Of a DNA stretch of 64,000 nucleotides, positions 45,946 to 58,770 are shown piece after piece. A program made the position numbers and the translations under genes. The stretch is from Anaeramoeba ignava BMAN. Its lineage: Eukaryota > Protista > Anaeramoebae. The notes beneath the pieces are model-generated. The model searched no databases. It was given only the letters and a program-made list of their open reading frames with translations, and was not told where the DNA came from. Positions within the stretch are counted from its first letter, which is position 1; each line of letters begins with the position of its first letter. The stretch lies in NCBI GenBank assembly GCA_028826165.1, contig JAPDFW010000089.1:62001-126000 (forward strand), given 5' to 3'.

Positions 45946-47586
45946 ATGTTTCAATTTAATAAACGAAAAGATCTATTAAAAAGACAAGCAGAAGAAAAAC
46001 CAAAACAAGTAAGTGAAACATTACCAGAACAAGAAAAGAAGAAGAAAAAAGCAAGAAAAAGCTTGTCTCCTGAAAGTAAACGTGTTTTATTGATTTGGCT
46101 TTTTTACAATATTAAAAATCCTTATCCAACAAATGAAGAGAAATTAACTTTAAGTCAAAAAGCTAAAGTTCCTCTTGTTCAAGTTAATAATTTTTTTGTA
46201 AATGCACGCGTAAGTGAATTTGGTTTTATTTCTTTTGGTTCTTTTATTCGTTTTTTTTTTAGCTATTCAAATTATTATTTTTTTTATTATTTTTTTATTC
46301 TTTTTTTTTTTGCTTTTTTTTGCCATTCTGTCAAAATAATTTTTTTTCATTTAATTTTTAACAAATTTATTTTTGAATTATTTTTGAATTATTTTTGAAT
46401 TATTTTATTGTTTAAATTTTTGACATTTTTTATTTAATATTTATTTAAAATTTTTTCCAAATTTTTTCCAAATTTTTTGGATAATATTTATTTAATATTC
46501 ATTTAATATTTATTTAATATTTATTTAATATTTATTTAATATTTATTTAATATTTATTTAATATTTATTTAATATTTATTTAATATTTATTTAATATTTA
46601 TTTAATATTTATTTAATATTTATTTAATATTTATTTAATATTTATTTAATATTTATTTAATATTTATTTAATATTTATTTAATATTTAATTAATATTTAT
46701 TTAATATTCATTTAATATTTATTTAATATTTATTTAATATTTTATTTAATATTTAATATTTATTTAATATTTAATTAATATTCAATATTTATTTAATATT
46801 TTTATTTAATATTTATTATTTTATTTATTTAATATTTATTTAATATTTATTTAATATTTAATATTTTTGATAATATTTAATATTTATTTAATATTTAATA
46901 TTTAATATTTTTGGATAATAATATTTAATATTTAATATTTAATATTTTATTTAATATTTATTTAATATTTATTTAATTATTATTTAATATTTAATATTTA
47001 ATATTTAATATTTATTTAATATTTAATATTTAATATTTAATATTTATTTAATATTTTATTTAATATTTATTTAATATTTATTTAATATTTATTTAATATT
47101 TATTTTATTTTATTTATTTATTTTAATATTTTATTTAATATTTTTTTAATATTTATTTAATATTTATTTTAATATTTAATTAATATTCATTTAATATTTT
47201 TGGATAATATTTATTTAATATTTATTTAATATTTATTTAATATTTATTTAATATTTATTTAATATTTATTTAATATTTTTGGATAATATTTATTTAATAT
47301 TTAATATTTAATATTTATTTAATATTTATTTAATATTTTTGGATAATATTTAATATTTAATATTTAATATTCAATATTTATTTAATATTTATTTAATATT
47401 TAATATTTATTTAATATTTATTTTTGAATTGTTTTTTCTTTTTAGAGACGCTTATTAAAACCAATACTTGATGTCCAAGAAAAACATAATAAATCAAAAT
47501 CTCAAAAAAATAAATTAGTTTTAGGTTCAAAAGTTGATATTAAAGAAATAAATTTCGAACAATCTCCAAATGCTGATCAATTATAA
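45946..47586 (+). CDS. Small TALE-class homeodomain protein, 2 exons
   Basis: LLIWLFYNIKNPYPTNEEK...QVNNFFVNAR|RRLLKP, with the PYP three-residue loop extension. Exons 45946-46209 and 47446-47586. Confidence 0.88.
46480..47420. repeat. Intronic satellite, 11-bp unit TTTATTTAATA
   Basis: Tandem array read directly. Confidence 0.9.
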
Positions 47587-47852
47587 AAAAATACTTCATT
47601 TTCTTTCATTTTCAAAAAAAAAATATCAAAATAATTTTTATTGAAAGAAAAAATTGCAAAAAGAAAAAATTTTTTTTGATGAAGTTTTTTTTTAATTTTG
47701 TTTTTTTTTCTTTTGTTTTTTTTGTGTTTTTATTATGTTTTTTTTTTTTAAATTGATTTAAAAACACAAATTAAAATTAAAATCAAAATTAAATTCAAAA
47801 TTAAATTTTTCATTTTTCATTTTTTCATTTCAAAAAAAAAAAATAAAAATAA

Positions 47853-49049
47853 ATGAAAATTTTTCTTTTAATTCTTTTTTTATTAGTTCAGAAAAATATT
47901 GTGAATTGTAATTATTATAATCACATTTATGAAAATCATCAAAGAGTATATCTATTTTATGAAATGATTGGGGAAGCTGAATATTTAGAATCACCAGATG
48001 GATCTGCTGTTAGAGTTTATGATCCAAATTATAAATATTCACAAATTATTCAAAAACCTGATGAAATTTTTTTGTTTTCTGATACTCCTTATTGTAGATG
48101 GAATCCTGAAAAAAGAAAGCATCCAAGTTTAGAAGATATTTTTTATTGGAGAGAATATAATAGATCAGGATATCATATATTTTTTAACAGTAAGATTTTA
48201 ATTTTAATTTTAATTTTAATTTTAATTTTAATTTTAATTTTAATTTTAATTTTAATATTAATTTTAATTTTAATTTTAATTTTAATTTTAATTTTAATTT
48301 TAATTTTAATTTTAATTTTAATTTTAATTTTAATTTTATAAATGAATTATAATTTTAATTTTAATTTTTAATTTTAATATTAATTTTAATTTTAATTTTA
48401 ATTTTAATTTTAATTTTAATTTTAATTTTGATTTTAATTTTAATATTAAATTGAATTTTGATTTTAATTTTATAAATGAATTTTAAATTTTAATTTTAAT
48501 TTTAATTTTAATTTTGATTTTGATTTTAATTTTAATTTTGATTTTAATTTTAATTTTATAAATGAATTATAATTTATTTTAAATTTAATTTTAAATTTTT
48601 TAGCAAATTTTGGAAATCATAAAATTTGTTCAACTAAACTCACTAAAGAACATATTAAAGTGATGAAAAAAATAATTGAGAAAAACTATTTAGGAAGAGT
48701 ATTAATAGATGGAATATTTGTGACATTTCCATTAGGAGAAATAATAAATGAAGAAGTACAAATGTTTAATCATTTAAAAATTGATTTATTTTTTCATGGA
48801 AATCAAATTACAAAAATTTCAATTAATCCAGTTTATCGAGGATTTAATTTAGAAAAAGCTTTAGATAAAGAAGTTATCTTTTATTTATCTGTTGATTGGC
48901 ATAAAGACTTTAGAAACCGTTTAGAAGCTTTTCAAGAAGATAAAACTCTTATTTATCATGAATTCTCTTTTGCTACAAAGTTTTTTATTTATTCTCTTCT
49001 TCTTTTCTTCATTAGTTTTTTGTTCGTTTACTTATGGAAAAAATTATGA
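47853..49049 (+). CDS. Signal peptide + TM9SF/EMP70-like luminal domain + single TM helix, 2 exons
   Basis: Hydrophobic N-terminus. The segments HIYENHQRVYLF, PYC, YLGRVLIDG, FNHLKIDLFFHGNQITKIS and FYLSVDW follow the order of nonaspanin luminal motifs. The protein stops after one TM. Confidence 0.55.
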
Positions 49050-49577
49050 TTTCATTTAATTAACTAATTAACTAATTAACTAATTTTGGAAAAAATAAAT
49101 TTTTTACTTTTTTTTTACAAATTAAAATTGATCAATAAATCGAATAAAAATCAAAAAAGGATTAAATTTTAATTTAAATCTTTTTTTATTTTCAAATTGA
49201 ATTTGAAATTAAAATTGATGAATTGAATTGAATTTGAATTGAAATTAAATTGAAATTAAATTGAATTCAAAATTAAAATGAATTAAATTTGAATTGAAAA
49301 TAATTTGAAATTAAAATTGAATTTGAATTGAATTTGAATTGAAATTGAATTGAATTGAATTGAATTTGAATTGAAATTAAATTGAATTGAAATTAAAATT
49401 GGATCAAAATTAAATTGAAATTGAATTTGAATTTGAATTGAAATTGAATTTGAATTTGAATTGAAATTAAATTGAAATTAAATTGAAATTAAATTGAAAT
49501 TAAATTGAAATTAAATTGAATTTGAATTGAATTTGAATTTGAATTTGAAATTGAATTGAATTGAATTTGAATTGAAA

Positions 49578-50171
49578 TTAAAATTCTTTTGTTGACATAG
49601 CCAACACAACTGCATCTTCTAAACTACCAATCAAAAGTTCTTTTTCATTAATTTTATAAAGTTTTTTAATTTTAGGTAAATCTATAATTTGATTTAAACT
49701 TTGAACAATATTTTTTTGTTCTTCTCCTTGAATTAAATAATTTTCATTTAAATTTTCAATTTCATTTGAATTTTCATTTGAATTTTCAATTTCATTTGAA
49801 TTTTGATTTGAATTTTCATTTGAATCAATAAATTTGCATTCCAAAATATGTTGAACATTATTTGATCCAATTCCTAAATCTTCTAATGCTTTTTTAACAC
49901 TTTTTCCTGGATATAAATAATAAATTAATTCTGTATGTAAATTTTTAGTTTTCAAATGATTATTTGATAAAGAATTCATAACATTATGACAAGCAACTTG
50001 AATTTGAAAAAGAGAAACAATATAAACTGGATTAAGAAAAGCAGAATCAATTTCATTTGCTTTTATTTTTTGAAAAAGTTCTTCTTTATTTTTAACATTT
50101 AAAAAAAGTTTTATTCTCAAAATTTTTTGTTTTTTTATTCCATTTTCCAAATAATTAAAATTAAAATTCAT
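49578..50171 (-). CDS. CGI121: KEOPS complex subunit CGI121/TPRKB
   Basis: LFLNVKN, AFLNPVYIVSLFQIQVA, LKTKNLHTELIYYL, IKKLYKI and SLEDAVVLAMSTK match the CGI-121 family. Confidence 0.88.
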   Translation of the reverse strand: MNFNFNYLENGIKKQKILRIKLFLNVKNKEELFQKIKANEIDSAFLNPVYIVSLFQIQVACHNVMNSLSNNHLKTKNLHTELIYYLYPGKSVKKALEDLGIGSNNVQHILECKFIDSNENSNQNSNEIENSNENSNEIENLNENYLIQGEEQKNIVQSLNQIIDLPKIKKLYKINEKELLIGSLEDAVVLAMSTKEF

Positions 50172-50334
50172 TTTAAAAATAAAAAATGAAAAAATGATTT
50201 TTAAATTTTTTTTTCATTTTTTTTTTCATTTTATTTTTAAAAGCATTTATAACTTAAAACCATTTGTTTCTTTACTTTTTGAATAGTTCAAAGTGGTTTT
50301 TTATAATTTTTTTTTAAATTCTTAGTCTAAAATC

Positions 50335-53300
50335 ATGTCAAAAGTATGATAATTCCAATTTGAAAAACGTTATAAAAATTTAAAAAAAAAAAAAAAAGAA
50401 AAATTAAAAAGTATTTTCTTTAATTTTTTCTTTTTAAATCATTCCCACTTTCTGTTCAATTAAAAAAAACATAAGAAAAACACAATTACATCAACTTCTC
50501 CTATAAATTCAAAAGATAAAACAGAAAATAATGATAAAAATAATGAAGAAAATAATGAAAAGAATGAAAATTATAAAAAAAATATGTCTTTTTCTTTTGA
50601 TTCAATTCAAAATGAAAAGAAAAAAAATCCAAAGAATAATTCTTTTGGTATATTAATGGAAAAATACCGAGGGAAGGTTAATCCAAATCAAAAAACATCT
50701 TTGAGCACTTCTCTTGATAATTTAATTTCTGAATCGTAAATATTAATTTAAATATTAATTATTAAATATTAATTATTAAATATTAATTATTAAATATTAA
50801 TTATTAAATATTAATTTGAATATTAATTTAAATATTAATTTGAATATTAATTATTAAATATTTGATTATTAAATATAAATTATTAAATATTAATTATTAA
50901 ATATTAATTATTAAATATTAATTATTAAATATTAATTATTAAATATTAATTATTAAATATTAATTTAAATATTAATTATTAAATATTAATTTAAATATTA
51001 ATTTAAATATTAATTATTAAATATTAATTTAAATATTAATTATTAAATATTAATTATTAAATATTAATTATTAAATATTAATTATTAAATATTAATTATT
51101 AAATATTAATTATTAAATATTAATTATTAAATATTAAATATTAAATATTAATTATTAAATATTAAATTTTAATTATTAAATATTAATTATTAAATATTAA
51201 ATATTAAATATTATTTATTAATTATTAATTATTAATTTAAAATATTAAATATTAATTATTAATTAATTTAAATTTAAATATTAAATATTAATTATTAATT
51301 TTAAATATTAATTATTAAATATTAATTATTAAATATTAATTATTAAATATTAATTTTTAAAATATTAAATATTAAATTATTAATTATTAAATATTAATTA
51401 TTAAATATTAATTATTAAATATTAATTATTAAATATTAATTATTAAATATTATTAAATATTAATTTAAATATTAATTATTAAATATTAATTATTAAATAT
51501 TAATTTTAAATATTAATTTTAAATATTAATTATTAAATATTAATTATTAAATATTAATTTTAAATATTAATTATTAAATATTAATTTAAATATTAATTAT
51601 TAAATATTAATTATTAAATATTAATTATTAAATATTAATTTAAATATTAAATATTAAATATTAATTATTAATTATTAAATATTAATTATTAAATATTAAT
51701 TATTAAATATTAATTATTAAATATTAATTTTAAATATTAATTTTAAATATTAATTTTAAATATTAATTATTAAATATTAATTATTAATTATTAATTATTA
51801 AATATTAATTATTAAATATTAATTATTAAATATTAATTATTATTAAATATTAATTATTAATTATTAAATATTTATTTAAATATTAATTAAATATTGATTA
51901 TTAAATATTGATTATTAAATATTAATTATTAATTATTTATTTAAATATTAATTTGAATATTAATTTAAATATTAATTTGAATATTAATTTAAATATTAAT
52001 TTGAATATTAATTTAAATATTAATTTTAAATATTAATTTTAAATATTAATTTAAATATTAATTATTAAATATTTGATTATTAAATATTAATTTTTAAATA
52101 TTAATTATTAAATATTAATTATTAAATATTAATTATTAATTATTAAATTATTAATTATTAATTATTAATTATTAAATATTAATTATTAAATATTAAATAT
52201 TAATTATTAATTATTAAATATTGATTATTTAAATATTAATTATTAAATATTAATTATTAAATATTAATTAAATATTGATTATTAAATATTGATTATTAAA
52301 TATTAATTTGAATATTGATTTAAATATTATTAATTTGAATATTAATTTAATTATTAATTATTGATTATTAATTTAAATATTTTGATTATTAAATATTAAT
52401 TATTAAATATTAATTATTAAATATTAATTATTAAATATTAATTATTAAATATTGATTATTAAATATTAATTATTAAATATTTGATTATTAAATATTAATT
52501 TAAATATTAATTATTAAATATTAATTATTAAATATTAATTATTAAATATTAATTATTAAATATTAATTATTAAATATTTATTTAAATATTTGATTATTAA
52601 ATATTTATTTAAATATTTGATTATTAAATATTTATTTAAATATTTGATTATTAAATATTTATTTAAATATTTGATTATTAAATATTTATTTAAATTTTAT
52701 AGTAACTTTTTCAAGGAAATGGAAAAAAAATTCTCAAAATCACCAAACCTTCATACATCAGATTTTTTATTCAAATTTGAAGAAGAAAAAATCATTCAAA
52801 ACTTAGAAGATGGAGAAGATGATGATTATAATCCAAACAAAAAAAAACCCAAAAACAATGAAGAAGCAAAACAAACAGAAAAAAAAAAATCAAACAACAA
52901 TTTTGATAAAAATAACCAAATATTTATTTCTGATCCTTTTGGATCGGAAATGAATCAATTTACATTCAATTCATTTTTCTCTTCTTCACCAAAAGGACTT
53001 GAAATGAAAAGAGAATCATCTGAACCAAATATTCGAGAAACATTTACATTTGAAAATTCAAAACAAACATTTTTTGGAAAGTTTCAATCAAATGATTACA
53101 GTTATTTCAATAAAACAATGCAAACATCACGTTCATTATCTTCACTTCCTCAATTTGGGCATCAAGTTGAACAGAATTTGCATCAAAATGCTTTTAGTCA
53201 ATCACCTTTAAAATCAGGTTTTTTTATCGATCAAAATTATCTTGATTTTCCAAATCAAATGGCAGATTTTTACTCAAGTTCACCTTTTGAATTTCATAGT

Positions 53301-54402
53301 GATTCTCCAAATGGATTAAATGATTTCTCATTTTCAATTCATGAAGATTATTTTAAGAAACAACCAAATATGAATTTCAATCAGAATGGATTCAATATAA
53401 AAGAAAGAAGGAAAAATCTAAATCTAAATCAAAATCAAAATCAAAATCAAAATCTAAATCAAAATTTAAATCTAAATCAAAATCAAAATTTAAATCAAAA
53501 TTTAAATCAAAATCAAAATTTAAATCAAAATTTAAATCAAAATCAAAATCAAAATTTAAATCAAAATTTAGATCAAAATCAAAATTTAAATCAAAAAATG
53601 TTTCAAACAATGGATGATTTAATATTTGATTCGAATGATCAGGAATTTAAAACCGAAATGATTGATTATGTTGATAATGACAATAATGAAAATGAAAATG
53701 AAAATGAAAATGAAAATGAAAATGAAAATGGAAATGAATTTAGAAATAATAATTATATTCCAAACGAGATCCAAAATGACAATCTTCAAAATTTTGAGAT
53801 TCATAATTTCTCAACTCAACCAATACAAAATCAAATTTTTACTCTTTATGTTGATATTGAGTTCAAAGCAGGTCGTCGATCTCGCTTCATATCATCCTCA
53901 GATCTTAATTTAAATGTTGGAGAATGCGCAATTGTTGAAGCAGATCGAGGTTTTGATCTTGGATATATTATGAATATTTCTCAAATTGATTTTTCGAAAA
54001 AATCACCAAAAGTAAATCAAAATACTCTTTATCAAAATTATAAACAAGTTATTCGAAAAGCTTTTGAAAAAGAAATTTCTCAAATGAATCAAAAAGAAAA
54101 AGATGAAATTAGAGCATTTTCTATTTGTCAAAGAAAGATAAATGAGCGTCGACTTCCAATGGAGGTTTTATATCAAATATTAATTTAAATATTTATTTAA
54201 TAATTTATTTATTTAATTATTTATCTTTTAGTTAATTGATTCGGAATTCCAATTCGATAGAAAAAAATTAACTTTTTATTTCACTGCAGAAACTAGAATT
54301 GATTTTCGTGATCTTGTTAAAGAATTATTTAAGATTCATAAAACAAGAATTTGGATGAAACAAATATCAAAAACAAATAATAGAAATGGATCTAAAAAAT
54401 AA
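50335..54402 (+). CDS. PSP1 C-terminal domain protein, 4 exons
   Basis: [18 protein letters not shown] and LPME|[42 protein letters not shown], after a long low-complexity N-terminus. Confidence 0.88.
50738..52690. repeat. Intronic satellite, 14-bp unit ATTAAATATTAATT
   Basis: Tandem array of ~1.95 kb read directly. Confidence 0.9.
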
Positions 54403-54694
54403 CAATTTAAATTTTTAATTTTTAATTTTTAATTTTTAAAACTTTTTAAAAGAGAAAATACACAAACAAATAAAACGGAATAAAACTTTAAAAAAGAAAT
54501 CTTTTTTAAGAATTTTTTTTTTAGGTGTTTTTTTTGAAATAATTTCTTGAAACAAAAAAAAAAAAAAGGAATTTGAAGAGATCAAAAAAAACTGAACAAA
54601 AAAAAAGTAAGGAAAAAAAAAAAAGAAAAAGAAAGGAAAAGAAAAAGGAAAGAAACAAAGTTATGATTGAATGATTGATTAATTGATTAATTGA

Positions 54695-56638
54695 TTATTT
54701 ATCATCCTTAGAATTATCATCTTTTTTTGGATCATCATCTTCCTTTGAAGTTGAGTCTAAATCCTCAGGAGAAGTAAATTCATTTCCATGACTTTCATTG
54801 AAGCTATCAAAACTTTCATCTTGAGGATTTGTATTTTGGGACATATCAATAAGACTATATAATTCATCAGTGATTGTGTTTTGTTTCTGAATAATAGAAA
54901 TGAGCTGTTTGAGTTTTCTTTTGATTGATAAATTCTCTTCAAGAATTGATTGTTTGACACTTTTTTCTGTTTCCATTCCACCAAGTCTTCTTTGTAAATG
55001 TGATTCTAATTTTTCATATTTCTTTCGATGTTCCTTCCTTTCTTGTTGGAGTCTTTCATTCAATTTATTTATCTGATCATCCTTGTGTTTGATTGCATCT
55101 TGAATTGAACTTGATATCTGATTCAAATTATTACTAACTTTTTCTTCCAATTTTTCATTTTTCATGTTTTTGACTAAATTTTGAATTTTTTGAATTTGTT
55201 CCTCTAACACGACTTGATTAGGTGTTTGCTCAACTGAACGTGAATGTGAAAGGCTTGATGTTCGAACAGCTCTTGTTTGGTCGCCTGCTCCTTGTGACTT
55301 TTGAGAGCGACTGTCTGAGTCAACATCCACACCTGTGTCACTTGATGTATCTAATTTTAATTGATTTGGTGCCATTTCTTGTTTTAATTTTTCTTGTTCA
55401 TCTGCTTTGATTGGATTTTCAGATTCCCGTATAATTAATTGTGCTGCTGGTTTTCCTGCTAGATATAATAGTGTAATCCACACTGAAACCCAGATGTTAT
55501 TTCCTGAACGTGATTTCCCAAATAACCATGATGTGTTGTATGTTCCAGTCTCGGATCTTTTGATTAATTTTAATTTTAATTTTAATTTTAATTTTATAAA
55601 TGAATTTTGATTTTGATTTTAATTATAATTTTAATTTTAATTTTAATTTTAATTTTAATTTTAATTTTAATTTTAATTTTATAAATGAATTTTAATTTTA
55701 ATTTTAATTTTAATTTTAATTTTAATTTTAATTTTAATTTTAATTTTAATTTTAATTTTAATTTTATAAATGAATTTTAATTTTTAATTTTAATTTTAAT
55801 TTTAATTTTATAAATGAATTTTAATTTTAATTTTAATTTTAATTTTTAATTTTAATTTTAATTTTAATTTTAATTTTAATTTTATTTTTTTAATTTTAAT
55901 TTTTAATTTTAATTTTGATTTTAATATTAATTTTAATTTTGATTTTAATATTAATAATTTTAATTTTAATTTTAATTTTAATTTTAATTTTAATTTTAAT
56001 TTTAATTTGAATAATTTTAATTTTAATTTTAATTTTAATTTTAATTTTAATTTTAATTTTAATTTTAATTTTAATTTTATAAATGAATTTTAATTTTAAT
56101 TTTAATTTTAATTTTAATTTTAAATTTTAATTTTAATTTTAATTTTAATTTTAATTTTTTAGTTAATTTTTTAGTTAATTTTCATTGATCAAAACTTATT
56201 CTTTTTTTTTTTTTCATTGATCAAAAGTTATATTATTTTTCTTTCTTTTTCATCTTTTTTTAATTTTTTTATTAATTTTTTATCTTTATTTTAATTTTTT
56301 AAATAATTCAAAAAAGTCCAAAAAAAAAAAAGAATAAAAAATAAAAAATAAAAATAATAATAAACTCACTGTAAAACTTTTTTAAGAACAAGAAGAACAG
56401 CCATATCAGTAGCAAGATTTAAATGGGGTTGTTCTTTAGCAGAAATAAGACTAATTTGTTCACCAACAATTTGAGTTTCAGAAACTAAACCAGTTAAATC
56501 AAGAAAAGCTTTATTAACTTGGTCGATTTTTGTTAAATTATCTACAATTATCATTGGTTCTTTTGATTCATTAAATGATTTCATATAACGCTTTAATTTT
56601 TTCTTTGGAATTTGAAGTGAAAATTCTTTATTTCCCAT
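54695..56638 (-). CDS. Putative N-myristoylated PAS-domain + coiled-coil protein, 2 exons
   Basis: MGN start; PAS-like FNESKEPMIIVDNLTKIDQVNKAFLDLTG...IVGEQISLIS; PAC-like KSRSGNNIWVSVWIT; C-terminal coiled coil. Confidence 0.7.
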
Positions 56639-56908
56639 TTTTTGTTTTTTTTTGTTTTTATTGTTTTTATTGATCAATTAAAATTAATCTTTATTTTTGT
56701 TTTGGTTAAAATAACGGAAATTTGGAAAGTGTAAAAAAAATGTATTATTTAAAAGATAAAAAGGTAAAAAAAGTAAGAAGAAAAATGAAAAATGAAAAAA
56801 ATGAAAAAAAATGATCTTTTCTTTTCCTTTTAAAAAAATTTTTTTTTCTTAAATTTTTTTTTTCTCCTTTTTTTTTTCATTTTTCTTCTTTTTATTTCAA
56901 AAATAGAA

Positions 56909-57960
56909 ATGAAAATTTCTGCTAAAAAACAATTAGAAATTAATAACAAAATTAAAAAAAGAACAAAAATTATAATTTTGGTTTCAAATTTATTATATAT
57001 TTTATTTCATATATTTTTTGCTAAAATCAGATTTAATTTTGGGTTTTTTTCTGGTTTTTTTTTGATTGGAATTACTTATTATTTTGCTTATTATTTAATT
57101 TCTATGTATTCAAAACCTGTTAGTTTAAATTTGTTTTTAAAATTTATTTCAAAAAAAAAAAACCGAAAATTATTTTAAATTAAATTTAAATTAATTAGAC
57201 TTATAGTAATGGAAAATTAATTCTTGCAGGTAATAATCTAACAGAACCTGGTGAAATTCTTGATCTTTGTTTTGATTCAATTTATATTTCTGCATTTGTT
57301 CAAGTTTTTTCTATTATTTCTCGAAAATTTTGGTTTTTTTTCTTATTGGTAAAAAGAAAATCAAATTCAAAATCAATTTAAAATTAAAATTCAAAATCAA
57401 AATCTAAATTAAAATCAAAATCAAATTCAAAATCAAAATCAAAATCAAAATCAAAATCAAAATCAAAATCAAAATCAAAATCAAAATCAAAAATCAAAAT
57501 CAAATTCAAAATCAAAATCAAAATCAAAATCAAAATCAAAATCAAAATCAAAATCAAAAATCAAAATCAAAATCAAAATCAAAATCAAAATTAAAATCAA
57601 AATCAAAATCAAAATCAAAATCAAAATCAAAATCAAAATCAAAATCAAAATCAAACAAATCAATTCAAAATCAAAATCAAAATCAAAATCAAAATCAAAA
57701 TCAAAATCAAATTCAATTTAAAATCAAAATTAAAATCAAAATCAAAATCAAAATTAAAATTAAAATTAAAATTAAAATTTCAATATCAAAATAAAAATAA
57801 AAAGATTCCAGGATTTGGTTTATGGAAATTATGGTCTACTTTAATTAGACCTTGGCTTTCAATGAGAGGAAATGAAACAGAAGTTGAAGATGAAGATGAT
57901 GAAAATGAAAATAAAAAGAAAAAAAAGAAACATGGAAAGAAAATCAAAATTTATAAATGA
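56909..57960 (+). CDS. TMEM208/SND2-like ER targeting protein, 3 exons
   Basis: AKKQLEIN..., SKP|TYSNGKLILAGNNL, DSIYISAFVQV, FWFFFLL|IPGFGLWKLW and an acidic then basic tail. Confidence 0.85.
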
Positions 57961-58620
57961 AAGAATCCAAATATTTTTTTTTTCAAAAAAGTTTTTAAAA
58001 TAAAAATAAAAAATGGATTCATTTTCCAATTAAAATTTAAATTAAACATTTTGTTTAAAAACATTCAAAAATCTTTTCCATAGAAACAAATTGAAGTTTT
58101 AAATTGAGGATCAGAAAAAAAAGGAAAAACAAGAAATTGAAGATAAAATTTTAAATTAAATTTTTCTATTTGAGTTTCTAAATTTGATTTTAATAAACCA
58201 TCATCTTGAATTTTTAATTGGAATAAATTTTGAATTTTTAATTGGAATAAATTTTGAATTTTTAATTGGAATAAATTTTGGAAAAAATTAGTTGAAAAAC
58301 CAAATGATTTCCTTAACAATTTTGTGTTTAAATCATAATCAACTTTGGATCCAATTTGGATATTTTTTGTCAAATTTGAAATCAAATGAGAATTAATTTG
58401 ATTTGAATTTTTAAGTGAAAATTTAAATAGAGTTTCTTTTCGAAATGAAACCATTTTGAATCCAAAATTTCCTGATTTGTTTATTTCAATATTTTTTTGA
58501 TAATTTGCATTAAATTCAAAACAATCATTGAAAAAAGTTTTTGTTGAAAATTTGATATTTTGAATAAAATCTTGAACTTGAAATGGTTCTAAATTAAATT
58601 CTGAATTATCGGAAAATTTT
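57792..58620. repeat. Segmental direct repeat, copy 1 (TMEM208 last exon + 3' half of the porin-like gene)
   Basis: Near-identical to ~61928-62731, with scattered substitutions and a 24-bp unit present 3x here versus 2x in copy 2. Confidence 0.92.
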
Positions 58621-58770
58621 CAAAATTGAATTGAATTGGTTTTGTTATTTTTTTTAAGTTGATTTTTGATAAGTTTGGGTGATTTAATTGAACCAAAAAA
58701 CCAAATATCATTCTGAATTTTATTTGTTCATTTGTTTGTATAGTTTTTTGTTGAGAAAAGAAAGAGGAAT

